From an uncultured Candidatus Saccharibacteria bacterium (lineage in GTDB: Bacteria; Patescibacteriota; Doudnabacteria; UBA920): a DNA stretch of 64,000 bases. The notes below the pieces were generated by a model that did no database searches, was not told the DNA's origin, and saw only the letters and a list, made by a program, of their open reading frames with translations. Location: positions 48,532-112,531 of the forward strand of contig CAYLIB010000001.1 in NCBI GenBank assembly GCA_964384035.1, in the 5' to 3' direction. How positions within the stretch are numbered: position 1 is the stretch's first letter; every line of letters begins with the position of its first letter. Positions 47,391 to 58,600 of the stretch are shown here, in pieces. Both the position numbers and the translations under genes were made by a program.

Positions 47391-48509
47391 ATGTTAAAGC
47401 TTCTAAACAAAAATCAAAAAATAACAAAGTTAGTTATCACTGCATTAATCCTCAGCGTGTTTGGTCTCCAACCTTCACCCGTAAACGCTGCTTCACTAAC
47501 AACTGTAAAAGACACCCTTACCAGAATCGAACAAGCCCAAACCGCAGACCATACAGTACAATGGACATTACCCGGCGGCGCATCTAGTTTCGTTGCTGGA
47601 GATAAGGCAAGAGTAGATTTCCCGGCAAACTTTGTTACTAGTACAGAATCGGGTTGGGTAGCCGGAGACTTCACGTACAACGATGGTACCTCAAGAACTA
47701 TTGTAGCAGTGGGAGCATCACCGTCATGTTCTGCAGGTGCCAACAATATTACTGTCCAAATAGACTCTGCTAATGACCAATTTATTATCACAGCCTGCGC
47801 TTCCTTTACCGCTAACTCCTCAGCTAATGTTTCATTTACTATAGACGGAACCACAACAGACGGAACCCTTACAAATCCTTCTTCCCCAGAAACATCCGTG
47901 GTAGCTATCGTCGGTGACGATCAGGGCGACGGCTTCGGAAGCAATGACGACACCGCTTCCCTAGCTATCCCAATCATCGCAGACGATACAGTTACAATTA
48001 CAGCTACCGTGGACCCAACTATTACCTTCTCAATATCAGATACAGCTATTTCATTTGGAACCCTGTCTTCGGGAGCTGCGCGGTACGCTACTGGAGACGG
48101 AACCAGTACATCTACTGACCCCTCTGGTGGTGCTCACAACCTACAAATCTCTACCAATGCCACCAGCGGTTACATCGTTACTTACAAAGGTGCAACACTA
48201 ACCAGCGGAGCTAACACTATCGATGTTCCAGGTACATTCATAAACAACGACGCCAACGGTACTCCAGGACAAGAAGAATTCGCTCTTTCTGTAAACAGAC
48301 AAACCGGTACCGGTACGGTTGCCGCCAACTACCAATACACCGACCCAGACTGGGACTTCGACGCCAACACTACCACTACCATTTACACCCAAACCGCAGC
48401 AACCAACACTGAAACTCTAGAAATTCACTACCTCGCTAATATAGCTGGCGCTACTCAAGCTGGCACCTACACCACAGACGTTACTTACATAGCTACTGGA
48501 ACGTTCTAA
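47391..48509 (+). CDS. secreted beta-rich surface protein, paralog 2
   Basis: N-terminal half is about 60% identical to paralog 1. The C-terminal 188 aa are identical. Confidence 0.55.
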   Translation: MLKLLNKNQKITKLVITALILSVFGLQPSPVNAASLTTVKDTLTRIEQAQTADHTVQWTLPGGASSFVAGDKARVDFPANFVTSTESGWVAGDFTYNDGTSRTIVAVGASPSCSAGANNITVQIDSANDQFIITACASFTANSSANVSFTIDGTTTDGTLTNPSSPETSVVAIVGDDQGDGFGSNDDTASLAIPIIADDTVTITATVDPTITFSISDTAISFGTLSSGAARYATGDGTSTSTDPSGGAHNLQISTNATSGYIVTYKGATLTSGANTIDVPGTFINNDANGTPGQEEFALSVNRQTGTGTVAANYQYTDPDWDFDANTTTTIYTQTAATNTETLEIHYLANIAGATQAGTYTTDVTYIATGTF

Positions 48510-48578
48510 AAAAACTAAAAGAGCTTTTGCTTAATGCAAAAGCTCTTTTGTTTTATTTCTACGTGTTAAAATAATCTT

Positions 48579-49676
48579 ATGCGTAACAAAATTTTATCTT
48601 CTATCTACTTATTCATCTTTATTTTTTCCTCCTTTTTTGGAGTAGCCAACGCACAAACACTGAATTCTACCAACTACAACCTAGAAAACTCGTCGTTTAA
48701 TTTCGGTGGCGAAGAAAGCAGCTCAACAAACTATAAATCGCAAGACTCAGTAGGTGACGCAAACGATTCAGGCTCAAGCTCTACGAATTACAAAGTCTTT
48801 CCTGGTACAATACAGCCCGTATATCCAGGTGTACCGGGTATACCAACCTTAACCAATACAGGTGGCACACTTTATAACTCCCTCGACTTTGTGGTCACAG
48901 AAGGCCCCGGAAACGCAAGCGACGTACTGTATGCAATAGCAATCTCGGACGACAACTTCACTACAACCTATTTTATTCAAACAGATGACACATTAGGAGC
49001 TAGCGCAGTTTGGCAAACTTATACCAACTGGGGAAGCGGAACTGGTGAAAGAGTTACGGGTCTTAAAAGCAACACCACTTACAAAATAAAAGTAAAAGCC
49101 CGCTTCGAAGCCGATACAGAAACCCCTTATTCTGTTGAAGCCAGTGCCGCTACAGCCAATCCTTCAATCTCAGTTAGCTTTGCTGGAATATCCAGCAGCA
49201 CCAGCGTAGAAGGCCAAACAACAACTATCACATCTACCGCAACAACTGTCCCCTTTGGCACTCTTATTGTAAGCACCCCCGCCGTAGGTGCTCAGAGAAT
49301 AACAGTTAGCACAAACGCCGTTAACGGATACACAACAACTATCCAACAAAACCAAGACCTGACCCAAGCTCAAAGCAAAACCATAGACGGCGTATCCGGC
49401 ACCAACGCCTCCCCCTCCAGTTTTCCCGGAAGTGTTTCTCGTGGAGCGTTTGGTTACCACACTAGCGACACTACTCTATGCACTGGCACTACTGGAAGGT
49501 TTACTGCTGACGACACTTACGCAAAAATAACCACCACAGCGCTAGAAATTGCCTGTAACACAGGAACAGCCTCAAGCGAACAAACTGACATAGTATACAA
49601 ACTTCTAATTGGACCCCTACAAGAAAACGGCGCCTACACAAACGACGTAACATTCATAACCACTGGCACCTTTTAA
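48579..49676 (+). CDS. secreted beta-rich surface protein, related family (C-terminus '...GAYTNDVTFITTGTF')
   Basis: Signal peptide, T/S-rich, shares the C-terminal TGTF motif with the paralogs. Confidence 0.5.
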   Translation: MRNKILSSIYLFIFIFSSFFGVANAQTLNSTNYNLENSSFNFGGEESSSTNYKSQDSVGDANDSGSSSTNYKVFPGTIQPVYPGVPGIPTLTNTGGTLYNSLDFVVTEGPGNASDVLYAIAISDDNFTTTYFIQTDDTLGASAVWQTYTNWGSGTGERVTGLKSNTTYKIKVKARFEADTETPYSVEASAATANPSISVSFAGISSSTSVEGQTTTITSTATTVPFGTLIVSTPAVGAQRITVSTNAVNGYTTTIQQNQDLTQAQSKTIDGVSGTNASPSSFPGSVSRGAFGYHTSDTTLCTGTTGRFTADDTYAKITTTALEIACNTGTASSEQTDIVYKLLIGPLQENGAYTNDVTFITTGTF

Positions 49677-49741
49677 AAAAATAACGCAATAAAAATCTCG
49701 GCACACCGAGATTTTTATTTTCATCATGTTAAAATGAATTC

Positions 49742-50776
49742 ATGCGCATCTCTAAATTCTCCATTAGTCATTCGTTACCTGTCCTCCGTAGCTTCAGCGT
49801 AGGAGGATTCGTCATTCTTTATTCTCTATTCGTCATTCTCTATTCACCATTCCCTAAAACTACTTTCGCCCAGTCAACATTGCCGACCGAAAAACCCTAC
49901 CTAAGCCAAAACGCCCTCTCCATAGCACCGTTTATAATCGAAGAGAGCATGGAAAAAGGACAAACAATAGAAAAAGAAATAGAAATTAGCAATATAGGAG
50001 ACGTCCCACTACCCCTAAGTCTCAGTATCAACGACTTCATTCCAGTAGATAAAGAAGGCCATGTCCGCTTTCTTTCCGAGGAAGAAAAAAAAGATGACAG
50101 ATTTTCTCTCTCTCACTGGATCACAATCACGGAACAACCTGAATTCAACATCAAAGCACTAAGCAAAACAAAAGTAAAATTCAAAATTACCGCCCCCGTC
50201 TCGGCTGAACCAGGAACTCATTATGGTGGTTTATTATTTGGCTACGAACCAACAGTCCAAAATATTCCTGGAACGAAAGTAAAGCAGAAACTCGGCGCAC
50301 TTGTGATCATTACACTAGGCAAAGCTAAAGAGCAGGGAGAAATAAGCGGGTTTTTAGTAAACCAAGACTGGAAATCTAAAAGTATATTGGAATTCTCAAC
50401 AATATTTAAAAATACAGGGAGAAGTAGAGTAATTCCTAAAGGAGAAATAGAAATAAGAAATTGGTACGGAAAAATTATCTCAAGTAGCCACATAAACGTC
50501 GACGGTTCGATTGTACTTCCAGAAACCGAACGAAACTTCGTTACTAAATTGGAAAAACCCTTTTTATTAGGCTATTATACAGCAGAGAGTTTTGTACAAT
50601 TTGGTAATCCTAAACAAGAAAAAAGGGTAAAAATGAGCTTCTGGGTACTACCAGTAAAACCCATAATTTCTGTCTTAGCTTTTATTTCACTATTCACCCT
50701 AAGTCTATATTTTGGCCTCAAACGTTACAATCGCTGGCTAATAAAAAAAGTCGGCTTAGAAACTAAAAACCAATAA
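49742..50776 (+). CDS. CscA/DUF916-like cell-surface protein with C-terminal TM anchor
   Basis: 'LSIAPFIIEESMEKGQTIEKEIEISNIGDVPL' plus a C-terminal TM and basic tail. Confidence 0.45.
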   Translation: MRISKFSISHSLPVLRSFSVGGFVILYSLFVILYSPFPKTTFAQSTLPTEKPYLSQNALSIAPFIIEESMEKGQTIEKEIEISNIGDVPLPLSLSINDFIPVDKEGHVRFLSEEEKKDDRFSLSHWITITEQPEFNIKALSKTKVKFKITAPVSAEPGTHYGGLLFGYEPTVQNIPGTKVKQKLGALVIITLGKAKEQGEISGFLVNQDWKSKSILEFSTIFKNTGRSRVIPKGEIEIRNWYGKIISSSHINVDGSIVLPETERNFVTKLEKPFLLGYYTAESFVQFGNPKQEKRVKMSFWVLPVKPIISVLAFISLFTLSLYFGLKRYNRWLIKKVGLETKNQ

Positions 50777-51891
50777 TGTCTTTAAAATTTAAACCCAAGT
50801 TTTTCCGCATATTTCTAGTTTCCCTACTTGTTACTATTCACTTGTTACTTTTTACTAGCAACACTAAAGCGTTGACCGTCTCCCCCGTTCGCTTAGAGCT
50901 TAGCGGAGACGCAGGAGATACCGTATTCGGAAACTTCAAACTCTTCAACGAAAAGGATGAAAATTTAAAATATTTCATTGTTTTCCGAACCTTCTCTGCA
51001 AAAGACGAGACTGGGGAACCCAATTTCCCGGATACCCAAGATGAATTCATATCATGGGTAAATGTCTCTCCGGAAGTAACCGTACCAGCAAAAGACTATA
51101 AAGAACTTACATTCAAAGTAAATATCCCCAAAAATGCAGATCCGGGTGCTCACTTTGCTGCGATATTCGCTTCCACAGTTCCCCCAAAAGATGGCGAAAA
51201 TTCATCAAACCTAAAAATAACAGGCGAAGTTGGTACTTTAATTCTTTTCCGAGTAAACGGTGATTTCAAAGATGGCGCGGACATATTAGAATTTAATACC
51301 AAAGATAAAAAAAACAGCTTTACAGAATTACCAGTTTGGTTCTACTACCGCTTCCAAAACAGTGGTAATAACTACATAAAACCCCTTGGCGACATAATTA
51401 TAAAAAATTTCTTCGGGGGAACAAGCAAAGTAATTCCAGCCAACCGAGATAAAGGCAACATCTTACCACAAAGCGTTAGACGATTTGAAGCAGCATGGTG
51501 GGAAGGAAGTGGTGCAAAAAACCAAAGCCCAGATTTTAAAGGTTATAGTGAACCACAAACATTCTTAGAGCATGTTTCTCACCAATGGAACAACTTTGCC
51601 TTCGGAAAATACACCGCAACCCTCAACCTAGCATATGACAAGTCTACAGACAAAGCCGCCACAGCAACAATAAGCTTCTGGTTAATTCCTTGGCATCTAT
51701 TATCAGTTATAGCAGCAGTAGGTACAGTATTCTTTGGCGGAATTATTTTCATAGCTATCGTCATTGCCGTATTCTTTATGAAAATTCAAGACAAAAAGCC
51801 CAAGAAAAAGAAGAAAACTACAAAACCAACAAGAAAAAAGGCTATTCCAGTCGCAGAAAACGAAGACTCAAAACAAGATGAACAGAATTAA
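50776..51891 (+). CDS. CscA/DUF916-like cell-surface protein with C-terminal TM anchor and poly-Lys tail
   Basis: 'ALTVSPVRLELSGDAGDTVFGNFKLFN', 'GTLILFRVNG', 'WFYYRFQNSGNNYIKPLG' (shared with the 46234 protein), TM + KKPKKKKK tail. Confidence 0.45.
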   Translation: MSLKFKPKFFRIFLVSLLVTIHLLLFTSNTKALTVSPVRLELSGDAGDTVFGNFKLFNEKDENLKYFIVFRTFSAKDETGEPNFPDTQDEFISWVNVSPEVTVPAKDYKELTFKVNIPKNADPGAHFAAIFASTVPPKDGENSSNLKITGEVGTLILFRVNGDFKDGADILEFNTKDKKNSFTELPVWFYYRFQNSGNNYIKPLGDIIIKNFFGGTSKVIPANRDKGNILPQSVRRFEAAWWEGSGAKNQSPDFKGYSEPQTFLEHVSHQWNNFAFGKYTATLNLAYDKSTDKAATATISFWLIPWHLLSVIAAVGTVFFGGIIFIAIVIAVFFMKIQDKKPKKKKKTTKPTRKKAIPVAENEDSKQDEQN

Positions 51892-52184
51892 CAATAAAAC
51901 CCCTTAATTAAGGGGTTTTATTATAAACAAAATCATTTATCCTATATTTGACTTTTAACAAAATCTATGCTATTATACTTTTAGTTGAATTTGTTAAGTT
52001 AAGTTATCTTAAGTTAACAAAAGCCACTAAAGTCGAAACAAAAAATAAAAATTAAATAATCTGTTTTAAATAAGCCGCTTTTGTTCCAAAATTAGAACAA
52101 AGTCTAAGGCTCAAGCCGATTTATCGCAAAGATAAAACCTTTTTTGCGAAAATTGTCTTATTTAAGACAAGAAACAAAAATAAA

Positions 52185-52376
52185 ATGACAAGTTTGCCAA
52201 GCAGACTCATCACTTTGAAGCAAGCATGCGAACTTCTAGGCGTCCACCCAAATACCCTACGTAATTGGGAAAAGGAAGGGAAAATTGCCAGCATCCGCAT
52301 CGGCACCCGCGGCGATCGTCGTTACACCGAAGACACCTTGCTCAGGGTTATGAATAACCAACCAGTTACAGCTTAA
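52185..52376 (+). CDS. small HTH DNA-binding protein of the excisionase/MerR-like (HTH_17) type
   Basis: 'ITLKQACELLGVHPNTLRNWEKEGKIASIRIGTRGDRRYTEDTL'. A perfect palindrome ttgtcttatttaagacaag at 52154-52172 lies just upstream. Confidence 0.5.
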   Translation: MTSLPSRLITLKQACELLGVHPNTLRNWEKEGKIASIRIGTRGDRRYTEDTLLRVMNNQPVTA

Positions 52377-52466
52377 TACTAGCTGTGAGTTTTTTAGTGT
52401 CCAAAAATCAGTTCAAACAAAAAGAAAAACCCCTTAGACTTGTTATCCATTAATTTTTCTAGAATG

Positions 52467-52568
52467 TTTCATAAATTTTCGAGAGAAAACTTTATAAAAA
52501 CCGGAAGCGATATAGGCAAAATATCGGTGAGGATTTTTATAAAGTTTGCAGCCGAAAATTTATGAAAG
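52467..52568 (+). promoter_or_regulatory. long inverted repeat (~31-nt arms) in the 5' leader of the giant gene
   Basis: 'tttcataaattttcgagagaaaactttataaaaa' and 'tttttataaagtttgcagccgaaaatttatgaaag' flank a 33-nt loop. Confidence 0.45.
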
Positions 52569-52607
52569 AGTCGGAAAAAGTAATGAATAGCGAGTCTAAC
52601 CAAACAA

Positions 52608-55600
52608 ATGGGAGAAAATAAAATTAAACAACTTTTGACTTCAGTCCAAAAGCCTGGAAGCCTCGTGCTACTGGCCGTACTTTTGTTTGGTTCTATTTTC
52701 CCCCAAAGCTTCGCTCTCCCTGTAAAAACTGCCGAAGCTGCAACTGGTGTCCCACTTCAAATAAACTTCCAAGGAAGATTAACTCTTGCAACAGGTGCTG
52801 TTGGTACAAACGTTGCTAATGGTACCTACGCCATGCGTTTCAAACTCTATGACGCACTCACTTCCGGAACCCTACTCTGGACAGAAACCTACGACCAAGC
52901 ACCAGTAGACCCATGTCAAAAAGTTCAAGTTACTGCCGGAGTATTTAACGTAAAACTCGGATCTTGTGCAACTTTAAGCGGAGTAGATTTCACAAGCGAC
53001 AGCCTATACCTATCGGTAGACTTCGCACCAACCGGTACTAGCTACGACGGTGAAATGTCCCCAAGAAAGCGTTTAGTTTCCGCTCCTTACGCAATAAACG
53101 CAAATAACTTAGCGGGAAACGGTAAAATAGACCTCACCAACACAGCAACCACCACAACTCCGTTCAAACTAACTGCAAATACTCTCACCACAGGAAGCGG
53201 ACTTACTCTGACCACAACCACCAATTCCGCAGCAAACACCGCTTGGACAGGTGCTACGCTTACCTTTAACAACGCACAAGCTTCTACTGCTGTATCGAGC
53301 GGTTCTATTGCTGGTCTAGACATTCAGTTCAACCAAAATACTGCCATCGCTGGTAACACCGAAACCGCTGCAAGAATAAACGTAAAACAAAATGACTCTT
53401 CTTCCACAGACGCAACTGTAGCTTCTCTCTTAGACCTCGCCAACAACGACACCGCTACAGGAAACCAAATAACAGTTTCAGATGCATTGAAAATTACAGG
53501 GAGCAATGTTACCAACGGCATTAACCTTTCAGGAACCTTTGCAAGCAATCTTATTACCTCAACAAACTTCACAGTAGCTCAGAGTGGGCAAATAACATCA
53601 GCTAACTTAGGTGGAAGCGGAACCCAGTGTTTGCAAGCTAGCAACACCGGTGTAATTTCTGGTACTGGCGGCGCTTGCGGCGGTACCACCACCCTCCAAT
53701 CAGCCTACGGTAACGACGTGGACGGAAGCGACACCACCATCTCCCTTACCACAGCCGACGATTCAGTAATAATAACTAACCCATCTTCTTCTGGAACTGA
53801 CTCAACTTTCGTGCTCAAAGTCGACCAAGCCGCAAGTGGCGCAGTCGATTCACTTATTGTAAACAACGCAGGCACCGGAACCCTTGCCACCTTAGACGCT
53901 TCTAACGCTTCTGGTAACGGTGTTTCCATAGATGTTCAAAGCTCTTCATCTTCCCAATATGCCCTAAAAGTAACCAGCAACAACGGCTCCACCAATGGCC
54001 TATACGTTAGAGCCGATGGAAACGTAGGTATAGGAACCACCAGTCCAACTCAAAAATTATATGTTGCTGGTGATGCATTAATAGGTAACACAGGTACCGG
54101 AAAATTATACTTCGACGATACAAATGGTTGGATTGCCAGAACCGCCGCTGGTAACACACTCCAATTCTCACCAAGTGGAAATGCTACTTCAATGTCCCTT
54201 ACTTCAAGCAGATTACACGTTGGATCCGACCCCGCCACAACTGGTTATACCGCAAACTTTTTCGTCATAGGTGCCAACGCTGGTTCTGGTGGTGCACAGC
54301 AGACCATCTGGTTTGGAGCATCTGCCAGGGGTGGAAATACAGGTAGTGGACACAACACCGTGCTAAGCGGTGGCGCGGGGTCTACTGCCACAACCGGTTC
54401 AATTGGTGGGAATGTTAATATTTACGGCGGCAACGCAAATGGAACAGGCGACAATAATGGTGGATCAATCTATTTAGACGGTGGCACAGCAACAGGCACA
54501 GGAACCGCTGGTAATATTTTACTAGCATCAACTACCGGTAAAGTCGGAATTGGAACATCTTCTCCATCTGCACTCCTTCATGTACAGAAAGACAATATCG
54601 GTAGCACTTCCACAGACGGTGAAGCATTGGTAAACAGTACCGCAGCAGGAGTCGGAGCACAACAATTCTCACCACGACTTCGCTTCACTGGCCAAGGCTG
54701 GAAAACAAACGCTACCGCCGCAAGCCAAACAGTCGACTGGGCTATAGAAAACCAGCCAGTTCAAGGAGCTGCCAACCCTTCAACAAATTTATCTTTTAAC
54801 TACCAAATAAACGGTGGAGGATATTCAAACATCCTAACCTTAACTTCCGGAGGGGTAATTGGTACCGACGCTGTTTCAACTGCGAATGCAAGTTTCGGTG
54901 TTATAAATTCTAGTGCCCTCAGAACCGGTATGAAAATTTCGAGCGATGATATCTATTTTACCCAAAACAGTTCCGACAAACTTCGCTTGTTAAACGGAAT
55001 TGGTATAAGAACACGTTCTGACAACTATTTTGGATGGAGCTCAGGAGCAGACGTCTCTTCAGCAACCGACTTATTCCTAAGAAGGAATGCTGCAGCAAAT
55101 CTCGCTCTGGGAGCAGTAGATGCTGCATCACCAGTGGCACAAACCATCTCTGTTCAAAACGTCTCTACAGGCACAAGCGACACCGCAGGGGCAGCATTAA
55201 GTATTGCCGGCTCTCAAGGGACTGGTACCGGTGTTGGTGGTTCCATCCTCTTCAAAACGGCACCAGCTGGATCCACAGGTTCTTCTCAAAACGCCCTAAC
55301 AACAGCCATGACAATATTAGGCAGTGGGAAAATCGGAATAGGTACCACCACTCCGTCAGACCTATTGGATGTAAATGGCGCAATTAACTCTACTGCACTA
55401 ACCATCAGCCAAACTTCTCCCTCCTCAACCAACAGATACATAATAGGTAACAGTAACGGTTTTGCACTACGAAGCAACATTAGCTACGGATGGGGCTCTG
55501 GATCGGGAGATGCTGGTGGCTCAAAAGACACCGGTATCTCTCGTGGAGCTGCAAACACCGTCTACATTGGAAACGGTACTGGTGGGGACTCAAGTGGTAC

Positions 55601-58600
55601 TTTAGTTGCAACAAATATAGGAATTGGATCCACTTCTCCTGGTTCCAACCTAGATATCGACAGAGCAGACGCATCTTCTATAACAGCAGAACAAATTCTC
55701 TTCAGAAGCAACAACACTGCACAAACCCTAACAGATGGAACAACAATAACAAATTGGAGAAACAATCAGTTCCTAGCTCCTACCATAAATGGCGTGGCTG
55801 GGGGAGGCACTGAAACAGTTACCAATGCTGCTACGTTATATGTAGATAACGCTCCCGCAGGTAGCAACATTACAATTACTAACCCATATGCTCTCTGGGT
55901 AGATGAAGGCGCAGCAAGATTCGACCGTGAATCTATTGGCACCACCTCAACTGATGGCATAATTCTACAAAACAGCACCGCAGCAGGCGCAGGTGCACAA
56001 CAATACTCCCCAAGAATCCGCCTTACCGGCCAAGGTTGGAAAACAGATGCTACGGCCGCAAGCCAAACCGTAGACTGGATAATGGAAGCTCGCCCAGTTC
56101 AAGGCGCAGCAAATCCTACTGTAAACTTAGCAATCCTCGCCCAAGTTAATGGTGGTGGTTATACAAGCGCAATTGCCCCAGGTCAAATACTTGCACCAGG
56201 AGGAGCCTCCACTTCTCAAGCCGCACCTCAATATTCAGCAATAAACAACTCAGCCTATGGACTTAAGATAGGAGGAGGAAACGCCGGTAACGCAGTTGCA
56301 CTCGTTGGTAATAACACTTCTTACTTAAATATCGATGCAAATGTAAACGCCATTGGTATAAAATCAAACGCCACACTACGATGGGGTGCAGAAAACTTTG
56401 GCACTACCCAAGTATCCCTCTCTTCTCCCTCGAATGACAACCTATTGCTTAGAGACTCAAGTGTTACTGGTCCAGGTAACTTTATCATCGGTTCAACCTC
56501 AACTTTACCAGGCACCTCTGGAAAAGGTGTGTTAGTGGTTGGATTAGGCACTGTACCAACATCCTCACCAGCCGATATCTTCCAAATATATGCAGCAGAC
56601 TACGCTGCCGGGGATACTCGTGCTTTCTTAAGAACAGAATCCGGTACTGCACAAATAATAGGAAACAACTCTATTGGAACTGCGCCTTCAACAGGCACAG
56701 ATACCGCTGGAACAAACTTCAGTCTTTTCGGTGGCCAAGGAACAGGTACTGGAATAGGTGGTAATGTAGTTCTACAAGCAGCTTACCCAAGCACCACTGG
56801 CTCTACTGCAAATTCACTCACAGATGTATTCACAATACTCGCTTCCAACAAAGCAACATCTGGCACTCAAAACTTAGTTTCTATAACTCCGACTGTAAAC
56901 CAATCCTCCACTGCTGCATACAATGCTCTATTAGTAAACGTAACCGAAACAGCAACGGGTAGTGGTGCAAAAAACCTTCTTAAATTACAAGTTGGTGGCA
57001 CAGATAAATTTAACGTAAGTAACTCCGGCGTAATCACTTCTAGCTCACTCGCAGGTGGTGGAACTTTATGTTTACAAACCGATAACAATGGTGTCATATC
57101 TCCCGCTGCATCTGCCTGTGGATCAGCCTCAACCACCCTCCAATCAGCCTATGGGAACGACGTAGATGGCTCAGACGCAACCATTTCTCTTACCACAGCA
57201 GACGACTCCATAATAGTAACCAACCCATCTTCCTCTGGCACAGACTCTACCTTCACTTTCAAAATCAACCAAGCAGCTTCTGGTGCTGTAGACGCTCTCA
57301 TCATAGACAATGCAGGAACTGGCACACTTGGCACCTTTGACGCCTCAAACGCCTCTGGCAATGGTATATCTATAGACGTACAAAGCTCCTCTGCCTCTCA
57401 ATATGGTTTAAGAGTAACGGCAAACAATGGTGCTACCAATGCACTATGGGTAGGCGGCGATGGCAGGGTTGGTATTGGTGATGTAAATCCAGCAAGTCTC
57501 TTCACCGTAGGATCTGGAGATTTGTTCCAAATAAATACCACAGGTCAAATAGGTTCCCAGCAAGCCCCACTCTCTGACTATCTTTTCGCACTTGCAGGTA
57601 CCACAGGCAACGACAACAGCAGAATCATAGATATAACTCAGGAAAATGATGAAGTAGAAGATTCAACTGTAATTAATATAGTCAACACAGCCAATGCAGG
57701 CACAATTGCCTCTGGTGCTACAAGAAATATTAAAAATATTTACACCTCACTTACGCCAACTATAACTTTTAGCACTACTGGCGTACAGGCTTCTGCCAAT
57801 ATTTACGGAGCTGACAACAATGTTTCTTTAGCAAATGTAAGCATACCCAATGTTCCCACGTCGAGAAGCAGGACAGTCAACTCTTATGGTAGTAGCTCAA
57901 CGGTAAGTGCAGGTATTACACTTAACGACACCAATGGTGGTTCGACGATTACCCTTAATACATATGGTACATACGGAGCCGTGACCGCAAGTCCCACTTT
58001 AACAGCATTGTCTACATCCACAAACGCTACCTATGCCGCAGGTTATTTTAATAACACTTTAAGCTCAGCGGGAAATGCCTTTTTTAATCCTGGAGCCTTT
58101 GGCATTATAGCTATAACAAATGGAAATTTAACCACCACTGGCGGTACTTCTCATACGGGTGGATATTTTGATGTTGGTGGTACAGCAGTAAACAATTACG
58201 GTATTCAAATTAACAGTGTAACAGCAGCTACAAACAACTACGGATTATATATGGATAGTATTGCCTCTGCTGCTTCTAACTATGCCATATACTCAAACGC
58301 TGCCGCTCAAAGCTATTTTGCAGGGAATATAGGTATCGGTACCACCGTCCCAGATTCTCAATTACACATTGGTGCTACCACAGGCTCTCTAACTACTAGT
58401 ACATCTATAAATATAAGCAAAATAAACTTCGCATCTGCCTCTACCATTGCAGGTTCCGGTGCTCAAATCTATGGACAGTTCATAGATATGTCCAACATTA
58501 CCGGTGCTGCCGATACCGCCGTAGTAGCCAGCGCAAAATATCTCCTTCCTAGTCAAACAAACTCTACTATCAATGCGTACAATTACGTAGGCGCAACAGT

